A DNA stretch of 64,000 nucleotides, taken from assembly GCA_951406725.2 (NCBI GenBank), contig OX597814.1:181164001-181228000 (forward strand), written 5' to 3'. The DNA comes from Octopus vulgaris. Its lineage: Eukaryota. This document shows positions 52,256 through 64,000 of this stretch, piece by piece (positions within the stretch are counted from its first letter, which is position 1; the number at the start of each line of letters is the position of its first letter). The notes beneath the pieces are model-generated. The model made no database searches and was not told the origin of the DNA. It saw only the letters and a list, made by a program, of their open reading frames with translations. Both the position numbers and the translations under genes were made by a program.

Positions 52256-52917
52256 CACATACACACATATATATATATATATATAGGTACATTATTTTCT
52301 CTCCCTGTTTATTTCTGTTCATTTCTGTCGAAGAGCGTAGGCTCGAAACCTAAAAGACTCTCTCACTTTCTGAGTTTTAAACTAATACATCTGTTTGTTG
52401 TTTACACACATGTCTTTGTCTTTTGTTTTTTTGTAAATTCTCACTATGTGTGTATATATATATATAGATAGATAGATATATGTGCACACACACATATATA
52501 CACATACTCACGCACACATATATACATATGAATACATATGCATGCTTTGATACATACATAAATATACACAATTATATCAGTGGGGAGCTTATCTCAGTTG
52601 CAGTAGACTGAATATCAATAAATTACATTTTCAGAATGTAATGATCTCCAAATTCGACAGAAACAGTTGATAGTTTTTTGCAAAGATTCTTTGGTATAAA
52701 ATTTCATCTTATATCATTTCAAGTTGTTGGTATGTCTTCTGTATCATATTGACAATCACTTTCTCAAATTATCTTCACATTTTGGATACACATATTAACT
52801 CTTCACAAACTTTCTGTGTCCAACTTCAGATGGCGGCAGGCGCATCACATATCCCCAGAGGATACTGAAATTCACGTTCATGTCTGAATATTTCAATGAA
52901 AATATATAATTGACTCT

Positions 52918-53138
52918 TCTATCTTTTACTTTTTTCAGTCGTTGGACTGCAGCCATGCCAGGGCATCACCTTAGAGTGTTTTAGTGAAAGGAATCATCCA
53001 AAGTACTTATTTCTTAAAGCCTAGTATTTATTCTATTGGTGTTGTTTGCCGACTAAGCCACAGGGATGTAAACAAACTAACATTGGTTGTCAAGGAGTGA
53101 TGGGGACAAACATAACACACACACATATATATAATATA

Positions 53139-53183
<45 letters not shown>

Positions 53184-53325
53184 CATGCTTCTTTCCGTTT
53201 CTGTCTACCAAATCCATTCACAGGATTTTGGTTGGCCTGGGGCTATAGTAGAAAACACATTCCCAAGGTGCCACGCAGGGAGACTGAACCCAGAAGTATG
53301 TAGATGAGAAGTAAACTTCTTACAC
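52918..53325 (-). mobile_element. SINE copy, same family as 37773
   Basis: Alignable over its full length; internal (TA)n. Confidence 0.75.
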
Positions 53326-53359
53326 ACAAAAATAATATAAAAATAGAAGCTATTCATAG

Positions 53360-55526
53360 GCTAAGCTATTCTTGTGTATATTTAGGGCACTGATTCTAAA
53401 TTTATCGTCAGTTTTTCCTTACCAGCTCTAGATTCATAGTTACAGCACAGTATATTTATATGCTGATGCATCCACTCAAGCACTGAAATTGCACCCTTCT
53501 TCAATTTTGCTGACTGACTTAATGTCATTCTCTCATATCAATCCATGGAAATTTTCCAAGTGAGAATCTCAAACTAAGTAAATTATAACATCAATCCCAA
53601 TTACCAAGCTTAGGCACATCTAAAGTGAAAATACAATTATTTCCATGTACACTGTTAATTTTTTAGTGGAGGTTTAGTTTGTTTTATATGGTGAGAGACT
53701 TGGCTTTTTTTCAAGCTGTGCTGACAAAAATTTATTTAAAAACAATTAAAAAATAAATTGAAAGTAGTTATTTGTACTTTATCTTTATTTGTCATTATTT
53801 CTTTATTGTTTGCGATTCATAAACAGATGGAACTAAACTAAGTTTAGAATATAAAATTACAGACAAATACGGTTAAATGTTTTCCTCATTCAAATATTAA
53901 TCAGTAAATGAAGGCACTAATATTGCCACCACATTGTTCAGATATAGAAGTACCAGCCAACCCATGCACCAAAGATTTTGTTCCTTATTTAAACATTTTG
54001 ACAGAAAAATGTTAGAAGAATGTGATAGGCAAGCTTATATCTATAAATTGGTTGTAAACTCAAATCATATAATTATATGTGACTGAGTACCTACATAGAG
54101 AACCTATTTTCACCTTTTAATCAATTTTAGCTGATGCAAAGTCTTTTGCTACATTTATGATAAATACACCCTGAATGACCATAGAAAACCTATTTCTGAA
54201 TTTAATTTTTTAATAAGGTGTATCTTACTTATTCTAAAGTGCAGCTTTGCAAGGTAAGTCATAGCCTTCAAATTTGTATACCAAACTTGGATGAAGCATT
54301 TGCAGCAATGGGTTAATAGAAAGGGATACTTGTAATTTGAAGTACCAATAATTTAGAGAGAAACAAAACCCATTCTATCTACCAAGAGCAAGAATCAAAA
54401 TAATAGTAACGAAGCTGTAACTAAGTGGCCATATCTTGACATAGAATCAACAAGATCTGTACTACATGCAAATGAGCTACATGTTCTAACTTTCAACCAC
54501 TGGCTAGAACTTGTAAATGATGATCAAGCTGTTCTGTTTGATGACATAAACCATAACAGGTGAAAAAGTGACAGAAATGTTAAAGGAACTTCATCAATTG
54601 CTCAATTTTTTTTTAACCAATTTGAACTGATATTATTAGGGATCTAAACTTCTTAAAAGGATCTTCTGAATTGCTGGCCAATAATTTCAATCAAATGTAT
54701 CTATTTTATTCTGAAACCAAAATTACATTGGCATAGCAGGGAAGAAGATTTACTGTTTTCCTCTTCTAAGGATCACAAACTAGTTTTCTGCAATGTTGTC
54801 TGAGAACTTTCAAGGAAATATGCCAAATGAATGGAAGCATGGATTTCTTTGCCCACTAGAAAAGAGAGATGTTAAAAAGATTCATATTTTACAGATTTTA
54901 ATGAATGACACTGAGATTTGCTCTAGTTGTGATATACTTTCTAAGCAACCATGAGATATGCAACTACTCTGAATTAGTAGAAAGCACAATCTCCAGTTTT
55001 AATGAATTTAGTTGCAACATGAGCATTAAGATACATTATGCTCACAGCTATTAAAACACTTTGCAGTGAGAGAGAGAGAAAAGGCCTTTGATTAAAGTAA
55101 AGTGCCCAAATAAAAATTTCATTAGGATATAGAAAGAATGAAAGAAATTAGAGAAGTGGTGCACACCTATGATGGCAGATTACTGAAGCAAGATTCTTCT
55201 AGTAAATCTCTCTGAAAAGTTCCATAAAACTTTGCATTGAATGATTGTTTTACGCTTATTTTTAAGTTACAACGAAAAGAGATTCTAATGTAGTGCACTT
55301 TTACCTTATGTGTTGAAATAAATTATTTAGCAAAATGTGATTTAAATGTGGGTATATGTAATATGTTAATAGCATTAATATTATTGTTATTTTTGTATCA
55401 AAATAATACATTATTTATTAATTAGAGCTGATAGGGCAAAACTGATACCATTTTTGGAATCAGCACCCTAAATATACCCAACAATAGGTCTAATTTCAAA
55501 GGCACAAAAATATGTGTTGGCCAGTG
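53360..55526 (+). mobile_element. TIR DNA transposon relic, probably CMC/Chapaev-like
   Basis: Imperfect ~70-bp TIRs (gtatatttagggcactgattc..ccagctcta vs tagagctg..gaatcagcaccctaaatatac); right end ccagtg followed by taa; decayed coding HSREEDLLF..KLVFCN near 54730-54800. Confidence 0.55.
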
Positions 55527-56458
55527 TAATATATTCAAGCGTTGTTGCAATCAATTAATTACAATGAGTTTTTCTTGTTATACAGATTGAACTGTAATAT
55601 TTTTTTAGTTTCTTGAGATGTCCATTCTTTCTGTCATTGATTTTAAGAAGTTGTACTCTATAAATATAATTCATTCATTGGTTGATGAAATTCAAGTATA
55701 CATTGACTTCAAACCTATTTAGAGACACTGATCTCAAGAAATTGCTCTAAAGTTAAAAATATACAAAAGGTAAGATCTCTTATTAAATGAGTAAAATAGT
55801 TTTATTGATCTTTCATTTCCATTTACATAATTAGAGGAAAATTTCTAAGGAACTGAACTTAGAATAACTATTTCACTGGTTTTATCTTATTAGACTATTG
55901 ATTGATTGTCTTTTACAAAAGACATACATCAAAATTATTAAGAAGTAATTTTGAGATCTTCTTTCAAGCGTATTTTCACATAAGAGCTTGAAAATACTTT
56001 AATTTGTTTTTTTAAGTCTCAAAATTTTTTTTCACACTAATTTTCAAAATAACCTCACCTTTAGAGTTTCATAGCAAGAAGTAAATCTAAAATTCAAGCC
56101 ATTAACTTTACATGATATTACAATGGCATCTTCCTTGAATTTTAATTTTCCTTAGAAAACTAGTATTAAATGACCACATCAAGTTACAAGAATTTTACTA
56201 CTACCACATCATCATCATTTAATGCCCTCCTTCCATGCTGGCACAGATTGGATGGTTTGATAAGAACTGATGAGTCAGAAGACTGCACCAAGCTCTACTG
56301 TCATCTCTGGTGTGATATCTACAGCTCGATGCCTTTCCTAATGCTAACCTTTTACAGAGTGTACCAAGTGCTTTTTATGTGTTACCAGTAGCAGTGAGGT
56401 CACCAAGTAACTAGCAAGGCAAGGCACCTCTCAACAGAGGGGGTGTACTAAGTGATAT

Positions 56459-56689
56459 GAGGTGGTGAGCTGGCAGAATCGTTAGCGCGCCGGGCGAAAT
56501 GCTTATCGGTATTTCGTCTGCCGCTACGTTGAGTTCAAATTCCGCCGAGGTCGACTTTGCCTTTCATCCTTTCGGGGTCGATTAAATAAGTACCAGTTAC
56601 GTACTGGGGTCGATATAATCGACTTAATCTGTTTGTCTGTCATTGTTTGTCCTCTCTGTGTCTAGCCCCTAGTGGGTAGTAAAGAAAGA
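56459..56689 (+). mobile_element. tRNA-derived SINE with target-site duplication
   Basis: gagctggcagaatcgttag..gagttcaaattcc head; ggggtcga..ataagtaccag core; gatatgagg repeated on both sides. Confidence 0.8.
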
Positions 56690-57799
56690 GATATGAGGCG
56701 CAAATATGAAGAGAGGGTCAGAAATAAGTGTCTTGCAGTGAAGGAGATATATGGCTATCTGAACTAGAGAGAGAGGAGTAGATAAAAGAGAGACTGACTA
56801 ACAATGCTAGCAGCCACTGGTTGAAATAACCATGAACACCAACAAATATGGCATATAACTGTAGAACTACTTAAGATTTCACTTAACAAATGTAATCTAT
56901 CAAGTAATAACTATTAATATTAGTAATTTTTATAAAACTTCAAAACTGCTAAGGTAGTGAGAATAAGAAACTGGGATAATGATAATAAATTTTTACATTT
57001 TAATGTTATTTTTTTTTAAATGTATCAAATGCAGAGCACATACATATGCCAATGATAATTAGTTTGAAACTAGTATTTTCTAATGAAGGTATTAGATCTA
57101 ATATACACATAGATTAGGGACTTGGGATTAAAGAGTTAAATATCCCTAGACAAAAAACACAAGCAAAATGAAAATTAAACTCTAGTTGTTAATCTATTCT
57201 AAATTTATGACTAAGTAGTCTACTTTAGACTATATAAGCTTTATTCTCATTAATCTAAAGTACCTTGCATCTTCTTTAGCAATACAATTTGCCTCTATTT
57301 TTTTTTATTACTGAAGTTATTCCACTTAAAAATCAATTAAAACAAATGTTCATAAAGTTAGAAATAATTTGTGTAAGCAAAACGAAAACAAAATTATGTA
57401 TAATGAAAACATGTGAGAATTAAATCATTATGTTAATAGCACAGTCATCAAAGTAGACAGGATTTTCCATTTTGTCGAAATTATCGGGATATGACCACTT
57501 CAAATGAAAACTAAACATTGGTCAGAATAACAAAAGTATTAAGCACCCAAAACAGCTTTTTATTAGTTATATCTATAAAATAAAGTACCAAAAAAAAAAA
57601 GAAATAGAAAAATGTTGACAAGCATCAAAACAATTATTTTAAATAGCTATAACAAAACCCTATGTTAAACAAAGATAAAGCTAGCCAGTAATGTGAGATA
57701 TTTGTCCACCAAAGTAAAGATGATGATCAGAAAATCAAATGATGTCATTTATGCTTCATATAACCTACAAGCACATTCTCATCTCCTGAAAACTAGTCA

Positions 57800-59050
57800 G
57801 GTTTTGAAGGCTCTTGTGATGATAATCTCTAACTTAACAAAATCCTCCAAACTTCCATTTCTCAAATAAGATTGTTCTGTTAAGTTGTACTCCTGCATAT
57901 AAAGCAGCTACATTTGGTGCTACATTTCCAGTTCCACTTCTCACATATACATGCACACAACTCTTACAAAATCTTATGTGCCTCAATTACATGTATGCAG
58001 TCACTAAGTGAAAACTTCTGATAACTTCAGTCCAACAAAGCAACTAGTTTTGACTGCATTATTGGCATCAAACCATGCCCACCCAGCAGTATGCTCCTAA
58101 GCCTCCTCCTAGCTTAAACTATTTTCTCTATTTCTTTCAGTATCTATCTCAACTTATAGAAATATGCAATATGTCCCATCTTCAAGAAAAGCTACTTCCT
58201 TGTCTAGTCAACCATTGACCTAATACTCTCAAAAGTAGTTGTTAAATGTAATAAGCACACATCTCTTTTCCAACTTTGAATACCATTCCCTCCTCACAGA
58301 CAACTTTTTGTATAACCAGATCTGTTGGGATGTTCTATGTCACTCATCAGCAATCTCTTGCATTAGGAAATTTTGTCAAAAACAAATATTTACCGTGACA
58401 TCAACAAAACCTTGATTGAATACCTCCTAGTATAGTTGTTTACCATGGGCTCTATTTGTCTCATTTTTTTGATCAGGAGTTTCTTGTCAGACTTACATAG
58501 CAGTGTAAGTTGACTAGGCTCTCTCTGGCATACTGGTGTTCTTCAGAGCTCAGTTACAATTTCCACTTTTAAATCCTTTAACCTCCTATGCAGACATCAT
58601 ACATACAACCTAAACACTGCATCCCAGTCATATATCATTTCTATGAGAAGAAACCTTGAAAACATCTTCCAATGGTGACATAACAGCTTAGTCTTGTTCA
58701 ACAGCACAAAAGTACAATCACTACACATATCAGGGAAATACACCTACAATACTATACCTTCCATGAACAATACCTATGAACAACACACAACTAAGCTTTC
58801 ACAAATTTACATATACAAGCTTTGCAATATCACATGATCTTTCAAAGCAAACAAAACTATGACAACTAAAAAAAGGCTAGGCTCCTTTACAAGCTTGAGC
58901 AAGATTCAGAATACTACTCATACATAGAGATGGAACAGCTACTACACACAAAATTATTCAAGAGCACATACATAAAAAAATTTATCTAACAATTAGCAAA
59001 CCATCACTCACCAACATATCATATCCTGCTTCCTTTCTCTGTTACTGAAA
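57800..59050 (+). mobile_element. CR1/Jockey-like LINE relic
   Basis: Decayed RT sequence (NLENIFQW..LVLFNSTKVQ) in C/A-rich LINE-like composition. Confidence 0.45.
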
Positions 59051-61403
59051 TGAATCTCAGTTTTACTAACCAGTAAATTATCACTAAATGCAGCTGTTCA
59101 TCTCTCATCATTTTAACCACAACTCACAAGAAATTTCACACTAAAACTTCACCTTGACTCTTCTTCCTTAGACTTTTAGAAGTCATATTTAAAACATCAT
59201 CATAAAACCTTTGTTATACTATGATGACCATAAGTGACTATGAAGGAACAAATTCAGTATTGTTTGTTAACTGAACAATATCAGTTTGTGAGAAAAGCTA
59301 AATTGAAATGACTTAAGCAAGTAAGAAAGCATTAGCCAATGCAAACTATCTTAAAGTGATAGCAGAAGCCATTTGACATAAGGTTAAACCAGAGAAAGGT
59401 CAGATCTGAAAATGATAGTGGAAGAAAATACTCATAATAACGGTAAGCTAAGGATGACAAAACCAAAGCCATTGGGTTTAACAGATTAGATAATAGATCA
59501 AGGAAACAGGAAAGGCTGGCTAAACAATGACAAATATGATGATAAGGGAATAGTTATGATAGTGTATGAATTGAACTTTCATACTTTTCATACTCTTATC
59601 CTATTTCTTTATCTCTTTAATGCATATTTTACCATTTTGCATAATAAATGCTTTCATCTCAAAAAATTATTCTACAATAAATTTTCTGTCAGATTAAGAT
59701 CTAATGTGCCTCTCATCTTCAAGAAATTTAAAAAGAAAGAAACACCTTAATCCACCAGCAAATGCTTCCATATACAATATATTTAGTCTTTAGCAGAATG
59801 AGAAAATCTTGAAAACATTTTCAAAATTACCCAAGCTTCAACTTATATTTAAATACGCAAAGCATTTTGCTGACCGTCTTCAATTTTTTTTTAATATTCA
59901 TTATGCAGTTAGTTTTATTGTTACACAATATTTAACTGGAATGTAACAAGAAATGTCAAAAAGTTTTGATGTATAATTCTTTCATTGAGTTTTCACTTTT
60001 TAGGATACCAAATCAAAAGAGCTTTGACAAATCTGGAAAATGTCATTTAAACAAAAAATGCCATATTTTCATACTGCACAAAACAAGACCTGATTTTAAT
60101 CAGTAAATAGTTTGATAGAAATTTGAAAATCTTTTGATAATATCAAAATCCAATTCATATAGAGATTATGAGTCTGTTGTAATACATTACAGCAAAATAT
60201 ACATTTTGAATGCTGAAGATCTGTACAATTAGTGAGGAACAATTTAGTAATTATAGCATCTAATATATGTCATGAGAAAGGGTGAACATAAACGCAAGGA
60301 AATATAGAGCATTAGTCAAAACGTGCAACTGTGATGAATGTTATGAATACAATGTAAAAGAATAATGTATGCTGAGTGAAAAAAGTGTTTGGAATTGATG
60401 TTTGTCCCCTGTCAATGTTGAACAAGCAGATTTATGACGAAAAGCATTCTAATTACGACCATTCTGTCTTTTTGAGAGTTACTAGAACAACATAAACTAA
60501 TGTGCCCTGTGCTTTTTTAAAGTTACTAGTGTGATTTGAAAGAGATTTGGTTGCTATTTCTTGTAAGTGAAGTGACTATACAAGGGCTCCCTAATTGGTT
60601 CACCCAGTGTGAATTGGCTACAGAAAGTTACAGAGGTAGATTTTAGAAGAAATATGAATGCTAGGTTTCATACCTGTCCAGCTCATTCATACAGGCATAG
60701 AAAAATATCTTTGTACAAAGCTTCTTGAGTTTGAACCAAAATTATATTATCAGGACTGAATTCTTAGTTATTCAACAGCCATTCTGTCTATATCTTCATG
60801 TATTAGAAAGCATATCTGTAATGCTTACATTTGTAATCTGCCATTCTATACTATTGGAATCTGAACAGTGCAGATTTAGACCACTTCTCTCAAAATTGGT
60901 AACTACTAGTTGGATTCCAGTTGTTTGTATGAGGGTCAAAAAGGACTGCTTGACTCTGTTACTAAAAAAAATTCAGCTTCCTCTTCATATAGAGATTATG
61001 AGTCTGTTGTAATATATTACAGCAAACTATACATTTTGAACAAAGATCTGTACACTTAATGAGGAACAATTTAGTCTAAACTGAAATGAGAATATCAGTT
61101 ACACCCAATTGCAGAAGACCTTGATGTTAGAGAAAGAATTCATATGACATTTCTCAATTTGCTACTTGGTTTATATTTCTTGCTTCTTTCTGATCTTCAT
61201 GGTTAGGCAGTTTTACTTTTTCACCTTCTTTTATAATACATACCAGATTATATTTTACTTTAAAAAATCCATTAATGGTCCACTGTTTTATATGTAACAA
61301 TATAAGAGTTTTTAAATCATTAATCAGACTATTGTTTTCTTTTTGGAATCACATATTTGTATTTTATTCTGCACTAAACTCTCTATCAAATTAAGGTAGT
61401 ATA

Positions 61404-61533
61404 TGTTTATGAATCAGTACATTGATCATCATCATCATCATCGCCATTTAACGTCTGCTTTCCATGCTGGCATGGGTTTGATGGAAAGCGGACGTTAAAC
61501 GATGACTGTGATCAATGTACTGATTCATAAACA
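61404..61533. repeat. Palindrome: 25-bp perfect inverted flanks around two opposed SINE tails
   Basis: tgtttatgaatcagtacattgatca / tgatcaatgtactgattcataaaca; inner tttaacgtctgctttccat / atggaaagcggacgttaaa. Confidence 0.9.
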
Positions 61534-63119
61534 ACAATGATTAAAATGGTCTCTATTGATGTTCAGGATATAATAGGACATCTGATTAATCCTAAGGATG
61601 GGTCATATGAACCAACTTGATGAGTAATTTAACTTTTTAGCTTATAAGCTCTTACTTGGCCTTAAGTTTCCATCACTTCAGTGTCCAGGAATAATCTGAA
61701 GCATTTTTTTTAAGCCAGTGACTATATATATTAAATTCTATAATTACTAAATTGTTCCTCACTAACTGTACGGATCTTCAACATTCAAAATGTATATTTT
61801 GCTGTAATATATTACAACAGACTCAATCTGTATATGAAGGGGAAACTGAATTTTTTTTAGTAACAGAGTCAAGCAGTTCTCTAAATTTTTCCAGCTGCTT
61901 CCTACAAATCCTAATTACCATACAATCAACAGCTCTACTTTAGGCACTAAATATATTTTCTAAAAAATAAAAAAACTCTTTATCTAACATATGAGCATAC
62001 TACTGGAGCAGTCCATAGCTAACCATGCAGCCAGATAACCAATCCACTTAATTTTTAATTCATTGATCTATCAAAGCTCCCAATACACCTTTTACACTAA
62101 CTACACAATACCAAATTAGTCATGAATAGAGAACACTTCTTGTACTCTACTGCTGAATTTTTGGGAAAATGGCCATCATTCAAGCCCATCCAATAAGAAA
62201 AATTCTAAAAATGTATCAAATTACAAAACAATTAAACAGCATAAATTTATAAAGCCACAAAATTTTAATTTTAACAATAAAGAATTTTTTTTAAATGACA
62301 GACATGAAATATCAGATGATTTTTTTCCCACTAAAGCACTTAGTAAAATGACAAAGACTTTATTTTTTAAACTAAAAGTGTTTGATATTGATAAGCATGT
62401 GTCAAGTAATTGTTTTTGTTATTATCACTACTAACTATCAAAGTACTTAGAATGCTTTGTAAACATTATTCCATTTCATATCAATAGCAATATTAAGTAT
62501 ACTGCTTCAAGTTTTGGTACCAAGAGTAACTATGTACAATTCAGATTAGCAAATCTGATTATGAAAAGAAAATATTATCTACAACATTGATTTCAAATTT
62601 TGACACAAGGCCAGCAATTTCAGGGTAGGAGGTAAGTCAGTTACATCAACTCCATTATGCAACTCATACTTATTTTATTGACTCTGAAAGGAAGAAAGGC
62701 AAAGTCATACTCTAGCACCAGTGATTTCAGAAGTGACTGATAAACTGTAAGATAATGGTCTTGAAACTAAGTCTGAATTCCAAGATACAGATGAAATTAT
62801 TACTGCTAAATTGTACCATTTTAATGAATAGAATGAAGTACTTTTATGTACTTTACATTAAAAATCATTAAAAAATCCCCCATAAAAATATGAATTGCAC
62901 ACCAAAAAAAAAAAGTGTATCAATGGTTACATTTTACATTAGCATAAACTAATCATAAAGAGATCAGTTATACATGATTAATCACTATCTAATTTTCTGG
63001 CCATTTAATTATATTAAATTACACATTGATACTTGTATAACTGGATTTATATCAATAACATATCTATTCATTCTTAATACGTTCTGGCAGATTCAAGCAT
63101 GAATGTCTAATTGTTGTTG

Positions 63120-63630
63120 TTTGTTGTCATCAGAGAACACATCCTCCCTTCATATGATGCATGTTCATCAATATAAGGGAACATTGAGACACTGCAGGGT
63201 TTCAACCTTATTGTGTCTTGTTAGTTAAAGCCTAGCAGACTGATGAATCTAACAAGAGTACAAGTTCTTGTTTATAGAAATCAACAGACAAATTATTTGC
63301 TGATGCCTGCCAAACAGATAATAATTTATGGGGTACACACAGAGAATATATTAAGAATGAATAGTTACATTATTGCTTAGATTCCTACTGTTCTGCATGC
63401 ACCTAATAAATTACTATCTGTTAATGATAGCATTCATCAGCAAGTAATTTGTTTGAAGATTTCTATATACAAGAGTTCATGATTTTGTTAGATTCATCAG
63501 TCCAGTAGGGTAGCTTTGACTGAAGTGACATGTTATAAGGTTGAAATATTGCAGTGTCTCAAAGTATCCTTACACCAGTGAATGCGTTATAAACATGTAT
63601 CATCCAAAAGAGATGTTCTCCAATGCAAAT
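63120..63630. repeat. Old foldback element, ~230-bp arms
   Basis: ttgagacactgca..gactgatgaatctaacaa..ttgctgatg vs catcagcaa..ttgttagattcatcagtc..tgcagtgtctcaa. Confidence 0.85.
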
Positions 63631-64000
63631 AAATAAGTAAAGAATTCATAAATAAATATAAATGCAATCAGACATAGTCAAATTTGCCAAAATGTATAAG
63701 AATGAAAAGAGATATTATTTAGACTCTCACTGTTCTGCATGCAACTTATGGATTTATTTCCTTATTCGTCTAAAGGTGAATATCATATTAAAACATTACA
63801 ATTTTAAGAGCTAATGAATAAGAGACATTTTAGAGATTCAGAGAATTTTCACTTGGAATTAATACAGTTCTTTGTTAATTTAAAAATTTACAGATGACTA
63901 TATTCCATTTAACAAATCAGGTCATAAACATTTTCAGATATATTTTATAATATGTTATTTTGTTTAGACCCCAAAATTTTTTTTATTCTAAGCAGATTAA

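Noticed and set aside
51095-52571. Long ORFs of 200-290 aa rich in Y/I/H/T or Y/V/C/M
   Set aside because: Translations of the TA/CA microsatellite

Overview
AT-rich, repeat-laden eukaryotic DNA, very probably a coleoid cephalopod (Octopus), judged from the SINE families and the close match to squid neuronal Sec1 as I recall it. The window is dominated by one minus-strand gene, Munc18/unc-18/Rop (STXBP1). I traced 15 coding exons from 46426 down to the stop at 4469, plus a spliced 3'UTR exon starting at 2976. The ATG exon is not in the window. One exon carries an apparent +1 frameshift in an A-run, probably an assembly error. The 20.9-kb intron at 9625-30502 is much larger than the other internal introns. 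It holds frame-preserving candidate cassette exons, AG|GT ratchet-like sites and a long inverted repeat. The rest is transposon debris: a Gypsy LTR element, a tandem Helitron array inside a pogo/Tigger-type MITE, Tc1/mariner and Chapaev-like relics, RTE/CR1/Penelope fragments, many SINEs, foldback elements and microsatellites. Repeat boundaries and family names are read by eye and approximate.
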